35,698 nucleotides of DNA from Phycisphaerales bacterium UBA966 (GCA_002292895.1 DBCE01000188.1:896-36593), one strand, 5' to 3'; shown: positions 1 through 10,122, counted from the first letter of the stretch. Made by a program: numbers and translations. The notes: generated by a model from the sequence alone, not told the origin.

Positions 1-974
1 CTTGATTGTTCCATCGGATGCGCACTCGCCATGGCTCGCTGCGCGCGGAACCACGGAGCGCCGGCATCGTGATCGGCTTGCATAGCGCGACTAAAGGTGC
101 CGTCCTTGATTTCTTTCAGCAGTGTTCGCATGGCCGTCTTGGTTGCATCATCGACCATGCGCGGCGCTGCGCTGTACGCGCCAAACTCCGCTGTGTTGCT
201 GATGGCTGCTCGCATCCCAGCCGGCCCGCGCGCATACAGCAGATCAGCCACTTGCTTGATCTCATGAACGCACTCCATGTACGCCAATAGCGGTGGATAG
301 CCCGCTTCAACCAGTGTTTCATAGGCAGCTTGCGCTAAGCCCATCATGCCGCCGCACAGAACGGCTTGCTCGCCAAAGAGATCGGTCTCTGCTTCGTCGC
401 CAAAGGTTGTTTGCACAATCCCCGCGCGCGCGCAGCCAAGTCCAGCGGCCCATGCGCGCGCGAGCTCATGTGAAGTGGGTCCGCCAGTTCCTGGTGCGCG
501 CTCTTGAGCAACAGCAAGCAGAGCCGGAATGCCCTGACCCTGCACGAATCGCTCGCGCAGGGTGGTTCCTGGTCCCTTGGGGGCCACCAGCACCGCGCCA
601 ATTCCCTCTGGAATCCGCACCAGTCCGAAGTGGACGCTTGATCCATGGATGAACCCGATTGTTTGTCCCGGCTTCACGTGCGGTGCCACGGCGGACTTCC
701 AGACCTCGGCATGCACCTCGTCAGGAAGTGCCATGACCACCAGGTCTGCCCCCACTACGGCCCGATCGGTATCGCTGGTCTGAAATCCGTCTCTCTGCGC
801 ACGCGACCGGGCAGTTGACCCGGTGCGACCTGTAACCGTGACCTGAATTCCAGAATCGCGCAGATTGAGGGCGTGGGCTCGTCCTTGGTTGCCGTAGCCC
901 ACCAAGACCACCCTTCGGCCGAGCAGCGCATCGGCTGTACATGCTTGTTCCATAAAGGTTTGCGTGTCAGTCAT
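1..974 (-). CDS. ilvC: ketol-acid reductoisomerase (3' end runs off the window)
   Basis: Translated by hand; absent from the ORF track because there is no stop in the window. MTDTQTFMEQACTADALLGRRVVLVGYGNQGRAHALNLRDSG matches the IlvC Rossmann motif, and the frame ends ...AHPMEQS at the edge. Alternative ATG at 953. Confidence 0.95.
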   Translation of the reverse strand, partial: MTDTQTFMEQACTADALLGRRVVLVGYGNQGRAHALNLRDSGIQVTVTGRTGSTARSRAQRDGFQTSDTDRAVVGADLVVMALPDEVHAEVWKSAVAPHVKPGQTIGFIHGSSVHFGLVRIPEGIGAVLVAPKGPGTTLRERFVQGQGIPALLAVAQERAPGTGGPTSHELARAWAAGLGCARAGIVQTTFGDEAETDLFGEQAVLCGGMMGLAQAAYETLVEAGYPPLLAYMECVHEIKQVADLLYARGPAGMRAAISNTAEFGAYSAAPRMVDDATKTAMRTLLKEIKDGTFSRAMQADHDAGAPWFRAQRAMASAHPMEQS

Positions 975-1187
975 GGGGGATTAGGTAGTGCCGGGCGAGG
1001 CGTTCCGTGCGCCGATTTCGTGCCACCAAGCAGCGGAGGGCACCTGCATAGAAATGACATTCTGAATGAATATTGAAGAAAGAAGGCACACATTACCTGA
1101 CCGGGGGGGTTCGGAATAGCAGACTGTCGGTGTCTACACCTGAAATTGACTCGCTCGTTGCGATTCGTCGGGGGGTGGATGGGTCTC

Positions 1188-1342
1188 AGGTTCAAGGATG
1201 AACTTGCCAGAAGAACGTCCGAAATTCGGGATTTCATGCTTATCGAGCAGAATGACCGAACCATTGGTAATCCAAGGACGTTTCCCTATGAAGCACCCAG
1301 GTTCGAATTATCTATGCGGCCACGGAATGTTCGGCCAAGGAG
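1188..1342 (+). promoter_or_regulatory. 5' leader with four ANGGA motifs (candidate CsrA/RsmA sites), the last one being the SD
   Basis: AGGTTC-AAGGAT-GAACTT hairpin at 1188-1205, AAGGA at 1274, ACGGA at 1322, and AAGGAG at 1337 upstream of ATG 1351. Confidence 0.5.
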
Positions 1343-1350
1343 CTATTGGA

Positions 1351-1875
1351 ATGGTCAGCGTTGAAGCCCCAAACCGGCGGTCGGATGATCGCTTTCGGTT
1401 TGATCCCGCCTACACCCGGGTAGTGGTTATCCCTTCGACGCTTGCCGTAAGTAGTTCAGCGGTCAGCCTCGCAGCATTCGTTGCCGCTGTTCCTGCCTCC
1501 AGCCGACCAGCCCCCACGAATCCAAACGAACTCCACGAGCCGGGCTTGGAAGCCCTTGGCCTGGAAGACTTTGACTCCGGACTTGCAACCCCAACGGGCG
1601 GTCTCGAAGGTCATGGATACGACATCTCGCTCACCGGTATGCGGTTTGAGCTTGACGATGAACTCCCCACAAACACCGAGGTGCAGATAGAGGTCTATCC
1701 GCCCGCCGAACAGGATCCGATTCGAATGCACGGCGTGGTCGTTCGCGTCTTCTCGCATGATGACGATCCGGGTCCGCGCCGTATGGCAGTGCAATTCACC
1801 GCATTTGCCACCCCCCGCGACCGTCAGCGCCTGATCAACCGCATTGCGGCCCGCGCTTGCTGCTGGCCGGAGTGA
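1351..1875 (+). CDS. PilZ-domain (c-di-GMP binding) protein
   Basis: RxxxR motif (NRRSDDRF), DxSxxG motif (DISLTGMRF) and a beta-barrel tail (GVVVRV...MAVQF). SD AAGGAG lies 8 nt before ATG 1351. Confidence 0.85.
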   Translation: MVSVEAPNRRSDDRFRFDPAYTRVVVIPSTLAVSSSAVSLAAFVAAVPASSRPAPTNPNELHEPGLEALGLEDFDSGLATPTGGLEGHGYDISLTGMRFELDDELPTNTEVQIEVYPPAEQDPIRMHGVVVRVFSHDDDPGPRRMAVQFTAFATPRDRQRLINRIAARACCWPE

Positions 1876-1945
1876 GCTTAACGGCCCACTTCGTTGCTGA
1901 AAGTTGGAACGCGAAGGCGAATCCGACCGAAAGTACTGTCAGCGA

Positions 1946-2470
1946 GTGTCACACTTTGATCAAGAACGTCCGTTTCAGCACCCTGCGGTGAGCGCTGCGC
2001 TCTCTGCAAGAAATGCTATTTCCGCTGAGATGGCGGTAGCGGGGCGGGCTGGTCATGATCCATTCGACCGTTTCTGGCAGGAAGCGCAGGGTGCACCGCA
2101 CTCAGCGGGACACTCGGCGTGGGTGTTAGCGTCGGACGCCTACGCGCAGATGCGCGAAGACCTTGCTGGATTTGACCCATCGGAATATCCAGGAAACGAA
2201 GGCGCGGTGAGCGCTGCAGTTTCCGAGTCGTTTGGCAAGCATGCCAGTGCACTTGCCGCACTTGCTACACCCGTCGCTGGCGCAGCGACCACCGCATCCC
2301 GCTCGGCTCGTCTGGCTCCTGCTGTGGCAGCAGAGGCAACTCATCGCCCCGCAGCTCGCCGTCGCCGTGAACGACTGCAGACAGCCGGTTGGTTCGTGCT
2401 CGGCGGTGTCGGCGGATTGCTCTTGGCATCCGCGGTGCATCTCATTCAGATGGTGCTGGCGTGGCGCTGA
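1946..2470 (+). CDS. hypothetical protein with C-terminal transmembrane helix
   Basis: Ala-rich ORF ending in RRRRER plus hydrophobic GWFVLGGVGGLLLASAVHLIQMVLAW. Its stop overlaps the rnc start (TGATG). GTG 1946 was chosen because TACTGT lies 6 nt upstream; the start is uncertain (1904-2030). Confidence 0.65.
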   Translation: MSHFDQERPFQHPAVSAALSARNAISAEMAVAGRAGHDPFDRFWQEAQGAPHSAGHSAWVLASDAYAQMREDLAGFDPSEYPGNEGAVSAAVSESFGKHASALAALATPVAGAATTASRSARLAPAVAAEATHRPAARRRRERLQTAGWFVLGGVGGLLLASAVHLIQMVLAWR

Positions 2471-3204
2471 TGCCTGACCCGGCAATTCTTGAAGAGATGG
2501 CCGCCGTCACTGGTCATCGGTTCCGCGATCCGTCACTGGCTGCGATCGCTCTGGTTCACTCATCAGCAGCTGATGGGCGGCTGAACTCCAACGAGCGCCT
2601 GGAGTTCCTTGGCGATTCCGTCTTGGGATTCATTGTGTGCACGCACCTATTCGCTGAGCGCCCAGACTTTCTTGAGGGCGAACTGACCAAGGTGAAGTCG
2701 AACATTGTCAGCGGGCGAGTCTGTGCTGAACTTGCCGCTGAGTGCGGCATGGAAAGTTGGATGCGCATTGACAAGGGAGTTCGCGGTCCACAAGGGCTTC
2801 CCGAGAGCCTATTAGCAGGTGTATTTGAAGCCGTGGTGGGCGCCCTCTACCTCGACGGCGGACTGGAAGCCGCGCGCGCATTCGTGCTGCCTCGCTTGGC
2901 GTTGCGGATTGATTCCGCGCTGCGACTGGGGCACCAACAGAATTTCAAGCAGGTGCTGCAGCAGTGCCTGGCGCAACTTGAAATGGGCGCGCCGCAGTAC
3001 ATGGTGCTCGACGAGCAAGGCCCGGACCACGCGAAGTGCTTTGAGATCTGCGTCCTGACCGGAGCGCGCCGATTTGCAGGCGCATGGGGTCCGAGCAAGA
3101 AGCAGTCAGAGCAGCTTGCAGCGCTTGCCGCGCTCAAAGAACTTGGGATTGCTGCCGATACCCCCGAAGGCGAAATTCACATTACCTGGCCCACCAAGCG
3201 CTAA
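2470..3204 (+). CDS. rnc: ribonuclease III
   Basis: NERLEFLGDSVLG signature, EAVVGALYLDGG, and a dsRBD (NFKQVLQQ...GPDHAK...GPSKKQSEQLAA). Confidence 0.97.
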   Translation: MPDPAILEEMAAVTGHRFRDPSLAAIALVHSSAADGRLNSNERLEFLGDSVLGFIVCTHLFAERPDFLEGELTKVKSNIVSGRVCAELAAECGMESWMRIDKGVRGPQGLPESLLAGVFEAVVGALYLDGGLEAARAFVLPRLALRIDSALRLGHQQNFKQVLQQCLAQLEMGAPQYMVLDEQGPDHAKCFEICVLTGARRFAGAWGPSKKQSEQLAALAALKELGIAADTPEGEIHITWPTKR

Positions 3205-3210
3205 CAGGCA

Positions 3211-3762
3211 TTAGCCCGCTGAGTTTTCTGCCGCGCGTTCGAGCATTTCGACGCTGGCTGCCGTGTGGCCGCTGGTGGAAACCACCGCATCGGCGAGCGT
3301 GCGGTACATGGGAAGGCGCGCCTCACCAAGGAGCAGGGCTTCTTCAGCGAACGAAGCGCCAGCGAGAAGTGGGCGGTCGCCTGGATTGTTGGTGAGCCGT
3401 GCACCCAGCGTTTCGGGTGGCGCTTCCAACAGGATGATTCGAATGGTGCCCGCCGCGCGGGCGGACTCTAGGAGCGCGCGTGCCGCCGGTGTAGTGGGCG
3501 TTCCGCCCCCAAGGGCGATCACAGCACCGGACGTCGATGGGCTGCTGAGAACGTGGGTCAGCGCGGCGCATTCAGCCGCCCGGAAGGCGGGCTCGCCAAC
3601 GGAACGAAACATGGCCGTCACCGATGGCTGACCGGAACCAGCGACGGTGACGTCGTCAAGATCAATGAATTGAGTGTTGAGTCGCTTGGCGAGCAAGCTC
3701 CCAAGCGTGGTCTTACCAGATCCGCGCAGGCCGATGAGCACAACGCGAACAGTTGCTGGCAC
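3211..3762 (-). CDS. aroK: shikimate kinase
   Basis: LIGLRGSGKTT P-loop, FIDLD, FRAAE, ALGGG, RPLL. GTG start lies 4 nt after the rpmH stop. Confidence 0.93.
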   Translation of the reverse strand: MPATVRVVLIGLRGSGKTTLGSLLAKRLNTQFIDLDDVTVAGSGQPSVTAMFRSVGEPAFRAAECAALTHVLSSPSTSGAVIALGGGTPTTPAARALLESARAAGTIRIILLEAPPETLGARLTNNPGDRPLLAGASFAEEALLLGEARLPMYRTLADAVVSTSGHTAASVEMLERAAENSAG

Positions 3763-3766
3763 GGCT

Positions 3767-3901
3767 TTAGCGCACGTGAATCTTGCGACCCACACGACGC
3801 TTGCGATTCAAGATCGCGCGCCCCTTGCTCGTCTTCATACGAGCTCGGAAGCCAATCTTGCGGACTTTCTTGATTCGACTAATTCTGTGCGGGTAATGCA
3901 T
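3767..3901 (-). CDS. rpmH: 50S ribosomal protein L34
   Basis: 44-aa basic peptide MHYPHRISRIKKVRKIGFRARMKTSKGRAILNRKRRVGRK with the GFRARM signature. Confidence 0.93.
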   Translation of the reverse strand: MHYPHRISRIKKVRKIGFRARMKTSKGRAILNRKRRVGRKIHVR

Positions 3902-4085
3902 GGCTGTTTCCGAGCCGCGTAGTGTAACCAAATCCCGGCGCTGCGGGAAGGGGTGCATCGAAATGGTTTAAATCGGATTATCGGAGTTGCCGGCGGCGTC
4001 ACTACGCCGCGGAAGGCGCTTGAAAACGCCTGATTTGTGGGGGAATCACGCGACACCCGGAAATCAACCAAGCGGCGCGCCTGCG

Positions 4086-4742
4086 TCACTCCCCGTGTCG
4101 AGCGATTCGTCCTTCAACAAGGAAGATCACGTCTTCAGCAATGTTGGTGGCGATATCAGCGATGCGCTCCAAGCGCTGGGCAATCTGCATCATGTCGATG
4201 GCCTCGGCGGTGCGGGAGACGTCCTCTTGAATCAGTTTCCTGGACGCAGCCGCCACTTCCTTGTTGAGTGCATCAACGCGCCGGTCGGCGCGCCGAACTT
4301 CATGGCAGCACTCCGTGTCTTCGTCAGAGAGGGCGCCGAGCACTTCGGAAAACATGGTTCGAGCCGCGCTGGCCATGTCGGCAAGTGCGCCAGGAACCTC
4401 GGTTGGACCATGACCGGTGGACCATCGAAGGACCTTCTTGGAAATGCCGCGACTGAGGTCAGCGATGCGCTCAAAGTCGCTGGAGATTCGCACCACGCTC
4501 AGCACAAAGCGCAGGTCATGGGCAACTGGCGCGCCGAGTGCAAGAATGCGCATGCATTGCGATTCAAGCTCAACTTCCATGTTGTCAATTTCGCTGTCGC
4601 CAGCCTTTACCTCTTCCGCAGCTGCAATATCGCCATGAACGAGAGCGCGGGTGGTGAGTTCAAGGCGACGCTCGGTGGCGGAGCCCATGGCAAGCAGGCC
4701 ACGTCGAAGGCTCAAAATTTGGGACTGAAGGTCGATTGCCAT
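4086..4742 (-). CDS. phoU: phosphate signalling complex protein PhoU
   Basis: PVAHDLR, DFERIAD and LERIADIATNIAEDVIF motifs; follows pstB. Confidence 0.96.
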   Translation of the reverse strand: MAIDLQSQILSLRRGLLAMGSATERRLELTTRALVHGDIAAAEEVKAGDSEIDNMEVELESQCMRILALGAPVAHDLRFVLSVVRISSDFERIADLSRGISKKVLRWSTGHGPTEVPGALADMASAARTMFSEVLGALSDEDTECCHEVRRADRRVDALNKEVAAASRKLIQEDVSRTAEAIDMMQIAQRLERIADIATNIAEDVIFLVEGRIARHGE

Positions 4743-4767
4743 TATTGGGATTTAGTTTAGCGTTTCT

Positions 4768-5625
4768 TTAGCCAAAGCGACCGGAGACGTAATCCTCGGT
4801 CTGCTTGTTGGCAGGATTGGTGAAGATGCGATCGGTACTGCCGCATTCCACCAACGTGCCTTCAAAGAAGAACGCAGTGCGATCGCTGACGCGAGCGGCT
4901 TGCTGCATGTTGTGGGTGACGATGACAATGGTGTAACTGGTCTCGAGTTCGCGGATCAGTTGCTCAATGCTGGCGGTCGACTTGGGGTCAAGTGCCGAGC
5001 ACGGCTCGTCCATCAACAGCACTTCCGGTCCAACCGCAATGGCTCGTGCAATGCACAAGCGCTGCTGCTGGCCGCCGGAAAGGCCTAAAGCACTGGAATT
5101 CAGGCGATCTTTGACCTCATCCCAAAGTGCCGCTGCGCGCAGGGAGTTCTCCACCAGTTCGTCAAGGTCAGTGCGGCGAAAGGACCGGTGCAGGCGCGGT
5201 CCGAACGCAACATTGTCGTAGATGGACTTTGTGAATGGGTTTGGTTTCTGAAAGACCATGCCCACGCGGCGGCGCAGTTCCACCACATCGAGCGACCGGC
5301 TGAGCAAGTCATCGCCGTGCAGGGTCAGGGTGCCGCTGGCGCGCGCGCCCGGAATCGGATCGTTCATCCGGTTGATCCAGCGAAGAAAGGTGCTCTTGCC
5401 GCAGCCGGATGGCCCGATCAAGGCGGTCACGCGGCACTTGGGAATTTCCAGCGAGATGCCTTTGAGCGCCTGCACACTGCCGTACCAGCTGTCCAAACCC
5501 TGAGCACGGATCGCAATGTGTTCCGTGTCGGCAACAGGTGCTACCACCACAGCCGGTGCGCCCACGGTCATGGGAGGCTTGATGTCAATGTTTCGTGGCG
5601 GGGGTGCGTTGGGGGGAGTGTTCAT
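4768..5625 (-). CDS. pstB: phosphate ABC transporter ATP-binding protein
   Basis: [45 protein letters not shown]-terminal YVSGRFG. The start may be GTG 5658. Confidence 0.97.
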   Translation of the reverse strand: MNTPPNAPPPRNIDIKPPMTVGAPAVVVAPVADTEHIAIRAQGLDSWYGSVQALKGISLEIPKCRVTALIGPSGCGKSTFLRWINRMNDPIPGARASGTLTLHGDDLLSRSLDVVELRRRVGMVFQKPNPFTKSIYDNVAFGPRLHRSFRRTDLDELVENSLRAAALWDEVKDRLNSSALGLSGGQQQRLCIARAIAVGPEVLLMDEPCSALDPKSTASIEQLIRELETSYTIVIVTHNMQQAARVSDRTAFFFEGTLVECGSTDRIFTNPANKQTEDYVSGRFG

Positions 5626-5644
5626 GGAATGCTCGTGGGCGGCA

Positions 5645-6643
5645 TCAGCCGTTGGCACGTTGCAGGCGATGGCGGATGATGACCGCCAAGGCATTGAGGG
5701 TAAGGAGGACGGCGAGCAACACGATGATGCCGGCAGCGGCCAACTCATGGAATCCAGATTGCTGGCGCATGGACCAGTTATAGATTTGTAGAGGCAGCAC
5801 AGTGAAATCGCTCATCAGGTTCGTTGGCGTGGAGCGAATGAATAGCGGAACGCCAAGTACCAGAATGGGCGCGGCTTCACCGATGGCGCGGCTCATGGCC
5901 AAGATGCCACCGGTCATGATCATGGGAATCGATGCGGGAAGTGTGATATTCCAAGTGGTTTGCCACTGTGTGGCACCCAGCGCTAGGGACGCAGTGCGCA
6001 AACTTGCCGGCACTGTGCGCAACGCTTCTTGGCTGGACACGATGACAATCGGCAACACCACCAGCATCAACGTCAATCCGCCGGCCAGCACTCCGTGGCC
6101 GAACGGGAGTTGTAGATAGAAGAACGACTCCGGCTGTCCAAAGGTGATCGGGCTCTCGCTGTTTGCCGTACCGAACGCACGCGCAAATGCAGTTAAGCCC
6201 AGTATTCCGTAGACAATGGACGGAACGCCGGCGAGATTAGCGATGTTGAGTTGGATGAAACTTCGGAACCGGGATCGTTTGGAAAATTCTTCCAAGTAGA
6301 TGGCGGTGCCCACGCCGATCGGTAATGCCGCAACGGCGCAAATCACGCACACCCAGATGCTGCCCCACAAGGGCGCACGCACGCCGGCTTCTTCAGTCTT
6401 TCGGCTGGCAAATGAAGAGAGGAATTGCCAAGACAGCCGCGCGTGACCGTCCTGCCAAATGGAGACGACGAGCACCACCAAGAGCAACACCGCTAGCGCA
6501 GTGAACGCAATACACACGCCAAGGAATGCGCGATCAACGATGCGTCGACCCACTTGTGATGTCGGCGTTGCCGCGGCAACAATCTCGCCCGGGGTTCGAG
6601 TCCGGGCAATAGACGGAGAGCGTGCGCCGAGGGAGTGCATCAC
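5645..6643 (-). CDS. pstA: phosphate ABC transporter permease PstA
   Basis: [39 protein letters not shown]. Overlaps the pstC stop. Confidence 0.96.
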   Translation of the reverse strand: MMHSLGARSPSIARTRTPGEIVAAATPTSQVGRRIVDRAFLGVCIAFTALAVLLLVVLVVSIWQDGHARLSWQFLSSFASRKTEEAGVRAPLWGSIWVCVICAVAALPIGVGTAIYLEEFSKRSRFRSFIQLNIANLAGVPSIVYGILGLTAFARAFGTANSESPITFGQPESFFYLQLPFGHGVLAGGLTLMLVVLPIVIVSSQEALRTVPASLRTASLALGATQWQTTWNITLPASIPMIMTGGILAMSRAIGEAAPILVLGVPLFIRSTPTNLMSDFTVLPLQIYNWSMRQQSGFHELAAAGIIVLLAVLLTLNALAVIIRHRLQRANG

Positions 6644-7611
6644 TCGTATTCCTCTCGGAATGCGCGGAGGAAGAGGTTTCCAACAACAGTGAGCGCAAGA
6701 GTGATGACGAAGAGGACGGTGGCTACTGCGAAACTCGACTTGTATTCGATGCCGTACGCGGGGGCGTCGCCGGTAAAGATCTGCACCATGTACGCGGTCA
6801 TGGTTTGCACTTCATTCGCAGGATTGAGGGTCATGCTGGCCAGTCCGCCAGCTGCAAGCGCCACGATCATGGTTTCGCCGATGGCGCGGGTGATGGCTAG
6901 CAACCAACTGGCCACAATACCACTCAGAGCTGCAGGGACAACCACTTTGGTGCTGACATCAAAGCGCGTTCCGCCCATGGCGAACGCAGCGTCCCGCAAG
7001 CTGCGTGGCACCGCTCGCAGTGAATCTTCGGAGAGGCTGGCAACGATCGGCAAGATCATGATTCCAACTGCTAGGCCAGCGCCGAGCGCATTGAACGTGC
7101 CAAACGATTCGCTGACATGGTCATGGAGGAACGGTGTGATGACAGCAAGTGCAAAGAATCCGTAGACGACCGTTGGAATACCTGCAAGTACTTCAAGAAT
7201 GGGCTTCAGAATGGAGCGCACGCGCGATGGTGCGTATTCGCTGAGATAGATGGCAACCACGAGTCCAACGGGCAGCGCGAACGCTGCGGCAATGGAAGTG
7301 ACGAGGAGTGTTCCCGCGATCAGTGGCCAAATTCCAAAGTGCTTCTCTTCCCCTAAGAGTGGCGCCCATGTGGTGCCGGTGAAGAACTCCCACGCGGAGA
7401 CTTGCGGCAAGGCAAAGAACGAAGCGCTTTGCACAAGCAGGATCGCCAAGATGGTGAAGGTGGTGACGATGGAAAGTAGCGCACAGGCGAGGAGGCCGCC
7501 GCGAATGACTCGTTCCGTGCCGATCCGTGCTGCTCGTGAACGTGCAGTGCCTCGGCTGTTTGCGGCTGCTGCGCGACTGGTTGCTGTGGAGATTTCGGCG
7601 ACGTTCGACAT
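6640..7611 (-). CDS. pstC: phosphate ABC transporter permease PstC
   Basis: FFTGTTWAP, AIYLSEYA, LAGIPTVVYGFFAL, RAIGETM. Start taken at MSNVAE. Confidence 0.96.
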   Translation of the reverse strand: MSNVAEISTATSRAAAANSRGTARSRAARIGTERVIRGGLLACALLSIVTTFTILAILLVQSASFFALPQVSAWEFFTGTTWAPLLGEEKHFGIWPLIAGTLLVTSIAAAFALPVGLVVAIYLSEYAPSRVRSILKPILEVLAGIPTVVYGFFALAVITPFLHDHVSESFGTFNALGAGLAVGIMILPIVASLSEDSLRAVPRSLRDAAFAMGGTRFDVSTKVVVPAALSGIVASWLLAITRAIGETMIVALAAGGLASMTLNPANEVQTMTAYMVQIFTGDAPAYGIEYKSSFAVATVLFVITLALTVVGNLFLRAFREEYE

Positions 7612-7692
7612 GGTTTCAGCGGAAGGTATCGGGCGGCCGATGTGCCAGGAGCGGGGTGTTGCCCGCCCGGCAGTGCAGGGCGCCGGTGCCAA

Positions 7693-8700
7693 TCATTTGT
7701 AAATGTCCGCCAGAATTCCCATGCGCTCCATGCCGTTTTCGTCCAGCATTTGTGTTCCCAATTTGCTGGCGGCAAGATTGGCTTTGGCGCGCTCGTAAAT
7801 CACGGTGGGAAGTTTGATGTAACCAACTTCGGCCGCGAGTTTGGCGCCATTGTCCAGCGCGAACCCTGCGTACGCCGCCACGGCAGGCTTGGCCAATGAC
7901 GCCTTGTTCACGTAGATGAACAATGGTCTGCTGAACGGTGCGTAACTAGCGTCTTCAATGGTTGTCGGCGAGGGCGTAACGGCAGCGCCAGTCTTTGGAT
8001 TGACTATCGGGACGGCATTCAATTTGCCTTGATTCTCTGCAAAGTAGGCGTATCCAAAGAACCCAATGGCATTCTTGTCGCCTTCAATGGAGCGCACGAT
8101 CACGTTGTCGTCTTCGCTCACGCTGATGTCGGCGCGGATCTTGCCTTCTTTGCCGACGGTGACTTCCTTGAAGTAGTCGAACGTGCCGCTGTCGGTGCCA
8201 GGCGAGTAAACCTTGATCACATCGCTTGGCCAAGACGGATCAACATCCTTCCATGTCTTGGCAGTCTCGCTTGATGCGAAGATTTTTTTCACCTGCGCCA
8301 TGGTGAGCTGCTTCGCCCAAGTGTTTCCCTTGTTGGTCACGATGGTGAGTCCATCAAACGCCACGGGCAGTTCAATGAACTCGATCTTGTGACTCTTGCA
8401 GGCATCGATCTCTGGCTGCTTGATGCAGCGCGAGGCGTTCGATATATCGATCTCACCGTTGCTGAAGCGCTTGAAGCCTCCACCGGTTCCAGACAATCCC
8501 ACGGTGACATTCACTCCGGGAGCCACCTTGGAGAACTCCTCGGCGACGGCTTCGGCAATCAGATACACGGTGGACGATCCGTCAACGCGAACCGCGCCCT
8601 TCAGATTCTTGGGGTCTTGCGTCGGCATCGCCGAGGATGCGGCCATCGAACCGAGAACGGCGGCTACGAGAAAGGCGTTGATCGCTCGAATGGGTCGCAT
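7693..8700 (-). CDS. pstS: phosphate ABC transporter substrate-binding protein (PstS family)
   Basis: Signal peptide, VDGSSTVY, SGTGGGFKRF, DSGTFDYF, IGFFGYAY, SRPLFIYV. Confidence 0.96.
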   Translation of the reverse strand: MRPIRAINAFLVAAVLGSMAASSAMPTQDPKNLKGAVRVDGSSTVYLIAEAVAEEFSKVAPGVNVTVGLSGTGGGFKRFSNGEIDISNASRCIKQPEIDACKSHKIEFIELPVAFDGLTIVTNKGNTWAKQLTMAQVKKIFASSETAKTWKDVDPSWPSDVIKVYSPGTDSGTFDYFKEVTVGKEGKIRADISVSEDDNVIVRSIEGDKNAIGFFGYAYFAENQGKLNAVPIVNPKTGAAVTPSPTTIEDASYAPFSRPLFIYVNKASLAKPAVAAYAGFALDNGAKLAAEVGYIKLPTVIYERAKANLAASKLGTQMLDENGMERMGILADIYK

Positions 8701-8757
8701 GTAGTTCTCGTTCAGATAGTGTGAGGCTCGATCACTCCACGCAATCCAGGCTGGCTG

Positions 8758-10122
8758 TCACGCCGTGCGGCGGGCAGCGGAAGGAGTTACGGGCAGTGTC
8801 GCGGGATCATGTTCATTTGGCGTGTGCAAGGGGGTGGCATCTGCCAGCGGCAGGCTCTTCACTCGCCCGTTAGTGGCGAGGGGCATCCGAATCCGGAATG
8901 TACTGCCGTGATTGGCGTCCGTCCGGCTATCAACCTCCGCATAACCGCCGTGGACCATGGCAACGTGCTTCACGATGGCGAGGCCAAGTCCAGTGCCGCC
9001 GGAATCACGGCTGCGGGCTCGATCCACCCGGTAGAAACGCTCAAACAGGCGCTCGCGGTGAATTTCTGGGATGCCCGGGCCGTGGTCGGTGACTGAGATA
9101 ACCGCATAGCCGCCTTCGGCAGCGGCGGTGACGGCGATCCGCGAATCTGCCGGTCCGTACTTGGCGGCGTTGGAGACCAGATTGACCACGGCATGCGCAA
9201 GGAGTCCGGCGCTTCCAAGAACCCACAGGGAGGGATCGACGGCGACATCAATCGTCAGGCGCTTCTCCGTGGCAGCGGGGGTGACCTGTTCAACTGCTTC
9301 AGCGACGATCCCTGCGATGCGGACAGGCGTGCTGGCGATATCGCCGCGGGCTGATGGGTCCTCAAGTGAGGAGAGGAGCAGGAGGTCATCAATGATCGCG
9401 CCAAGACGGCTGGCACTGCGGGCGATGGTTCGTGAGAAGCGGGCCGCGTCCGGCGGAAGCTCAAAATTTTCCGCCAACGTTTCGGCATACCCACGAATGG
9501 AAGTGATGGGCGTGCGGAGCTCATGGCTCACGTTGGCAACGAACTCGGTTCGCAGAGATTCCAAGCGACGCAGTTCGGTGCGATCTTCAAGCACCAGTAG
9601 TAGTTGTGCGTTGGCAACATCGCGCGAAAGCGGGACCACGGAGCAACTGGCGCGACGCTCGCCCGTGACGGCGGAGAATGGCAGTTCGGCCTCGGCGCGG
9701 CGGCCAGTTTCGCGGGCGCTTGCAATCAGGGTCTCGAGATCGGGACTGCGAACGATTTCAATGAGAAGTCGACCTTCGACAGCGCGATCGTTTGCATCAA
9801 ACAGGCGCACCGCCGCTGGATTGATGGTCACGATGCGGTCGACCGAGTCAAGCGCAACGATTCCGACGGGAGCGGTCGCCAAGATCGCACGCAACTCGCT
9901 GAGCGCGCCATCAAGTCGAACCGCTTCATTGGCCGCTGCACGGGCGCCGCGAACCGGGTTCGATTCAAATCCACCAAGTGCCCCCAGCGCGGCTGCAATG
10001 CGTCGATGTTCAGCTCGGCGCTGCAGGAACAACATGGCAAGCAGCGCTCCGCAGGCAACGGCCACCACGGCTGCCCCAACAAATGGCACGAAATACGAAG
10101 CTGCGTCCGTGGTTGGCTGCAT
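8758..10122 (-). CDS. phoR: phosphate regulon sensor histidine kinase (TM-PAS-HisKA-HATPase)
   Basis: FVANVSHELRTPITSIRGYAETL H-box, NLVSNAAKY, DHGPGI, FERFYRVDRARSR, GTGLGLAIVKH. Lies between phoB and pstS. Confidence 0.93.
   Translation of the reverse strand: MQPTTDAASYFVPFVGAAVVAVACGALLAMLFLQRRAEHRRIAAALGALGGFESNPVRGARAAANEAVRLDGALSELRAILATAPVGIVALDSVDRIVTINPAAVRLFDANDRAVEGRLLIEIVRSPDLETLIASARETGRRAEAELPFSAVTGERRASCSVVPLSRDVANAQLLLVLEDRTELRRLESLRTEFVANVSHELRTPITSIRGYAETLAENFELPPDAARFSRTIARSASRLGAIIDDLLLLSSLEDPSARGDIASTPVRIAGIVAEAVEQVTPAATEKRLTIDVAVDPSLWVLGSAGLLAHAVVNLVSNAAKYGPADSRIAVTAAAEGGYAVISVTDHGPGIPEIHRERLFERFYRVDRARSRDSGGTGLGLAIVKHVAMVHGGYAEVDSRTDANHGSTFRIRMPLATNGRVKSLPLADATPLHTPNEHDPATLPVTPSAARRTA

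Noticed and set aside
423..462. (CG)n runs in ilvC
   Set aside because: Short and explained by Ala/Arg codons. No frameshift is evident.
975..1350. c-di-GMP riboswitch upstream of the PilZ gene
   Set aside because: The GEMM consensus (GGCAAAC..GAAA..GACGCAAAG) is not present.
8775..8820. Possible Pho box upstream of pstS (TGAACA..GCGACA..GTAACT on the minus strand)
   Set aside because: Half-sites are 12-13 nt apart rather than 11, match CTGTCAT poorly and lie inside the phoR tail.
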